A stretch of DNA of 64,000 nucleotides from the human T2T-CHM13v2.0 reference genome, Homo sapiens, in assembly GCF_009914755.1 (NCBI RefSeq), contig NC_060933.1; one strand, written 5' to 3'. Shown piece by piece: positions 63,531 through 64,000 of the stretch; the stretch's first letter is position 1, and each line of letters opens with the position of its first letter. The translations under genes were made by a program, and so were the position numbers. Under the pieces are notes generated by a model, which was not told the origin of the DNA, made no database searches, and saw only the letters and a program-made list of their open reading frames with translations.

Positions 63531-64000
63531 CTATTATTTCATTGTTTGTTCTGGTTTCCAACAAAAGACATTGGAAATTGTGCAGTAAGGTTGAAAATGG
63601 GAATGCATAGTGACAGAAGTAAGTAGGGGTACTTTTTACCAACATTTTGACGTGACTTAATGAAGTTTGACTGCACAGCTTACTGGTTTCTACCCCATAG
63701 AAAACTACAGTAAGTGACTCTAAAACAAAAACATTTTGGCGATGTGAACATGTGGTCAGAAAAATAAAAACCAGTCTGAAATCACAAGAAAACTGACAGT
63801 CAATGGACCACCAAGATGTGTTTCCACTAAATGGTATACATACATACAAGTACCACAAAATCTTAGATAGGAAGTAAGAGTTGAGTAAGGCCCAGTAAAG
63901 AGATAGAGTTTGTTGAGTATGATGAATTATTTCCCAGAAAATCATGAAATATATTTTCATCTAATCAAGTGAGTCTTACAAAAATGTGCTCCCATTTTGT

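Noticed and set aside
63427-63960. Longest ORF in the track (177 aa, minus strand)
   Set aside because: No recognisable domain, composition typical of AT-rich non-coding DNA, and its end overlaps an L1 remnant

Overview
This is primate, most likely human, genomic DNA: AT-rich and CpG-poor, intronic or intergenic. I found no recognisable cellular protein-coding exon, RNA gene, CpG island or CRISPR-type system. The only ORFs with recognisable homology are broken LINE-1 ORF2 fragments (3520-5011). The window is mostly transposon-derived: a 2.8-kb 5'-truncated L1PA-type element, a 3.9-kb antisense 5' portion of an old L1M, several L1M 3' ends, Alus (AluS, a young AluYa-like copy, AluJ, two FLAM monomers), many MIR and L2 fossils, DNA transposons (MER5, MER2, MER91, MER103, MER104) and five solo LTRs. 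Family names come from my recall of consensus sequences, not from a search, and boundaries of old elements are approximate. The items most worth checking: (1) a short L1 3' end (47844-48166) carrying, inside itself, a diverged ~175-bp copy of unique DNA from 1.77 kb downstream; (2) CRX/OTX-, NRL/MAF- and homeodomain-type motif clusters beside strong minus-strand splice donors (50796-52800), a candidate photoreceptor-type promoter and first exons; (3) an isolated 28/29-bp direct repeat 1.2 kb apart; (4) a 31-bp minisatellite built from overlapping perfect palindromes; (5) an AluY with mixed Ya and Yb-type diagnostic bases. Regulatory and exon calls are motif-based hypotheses only.
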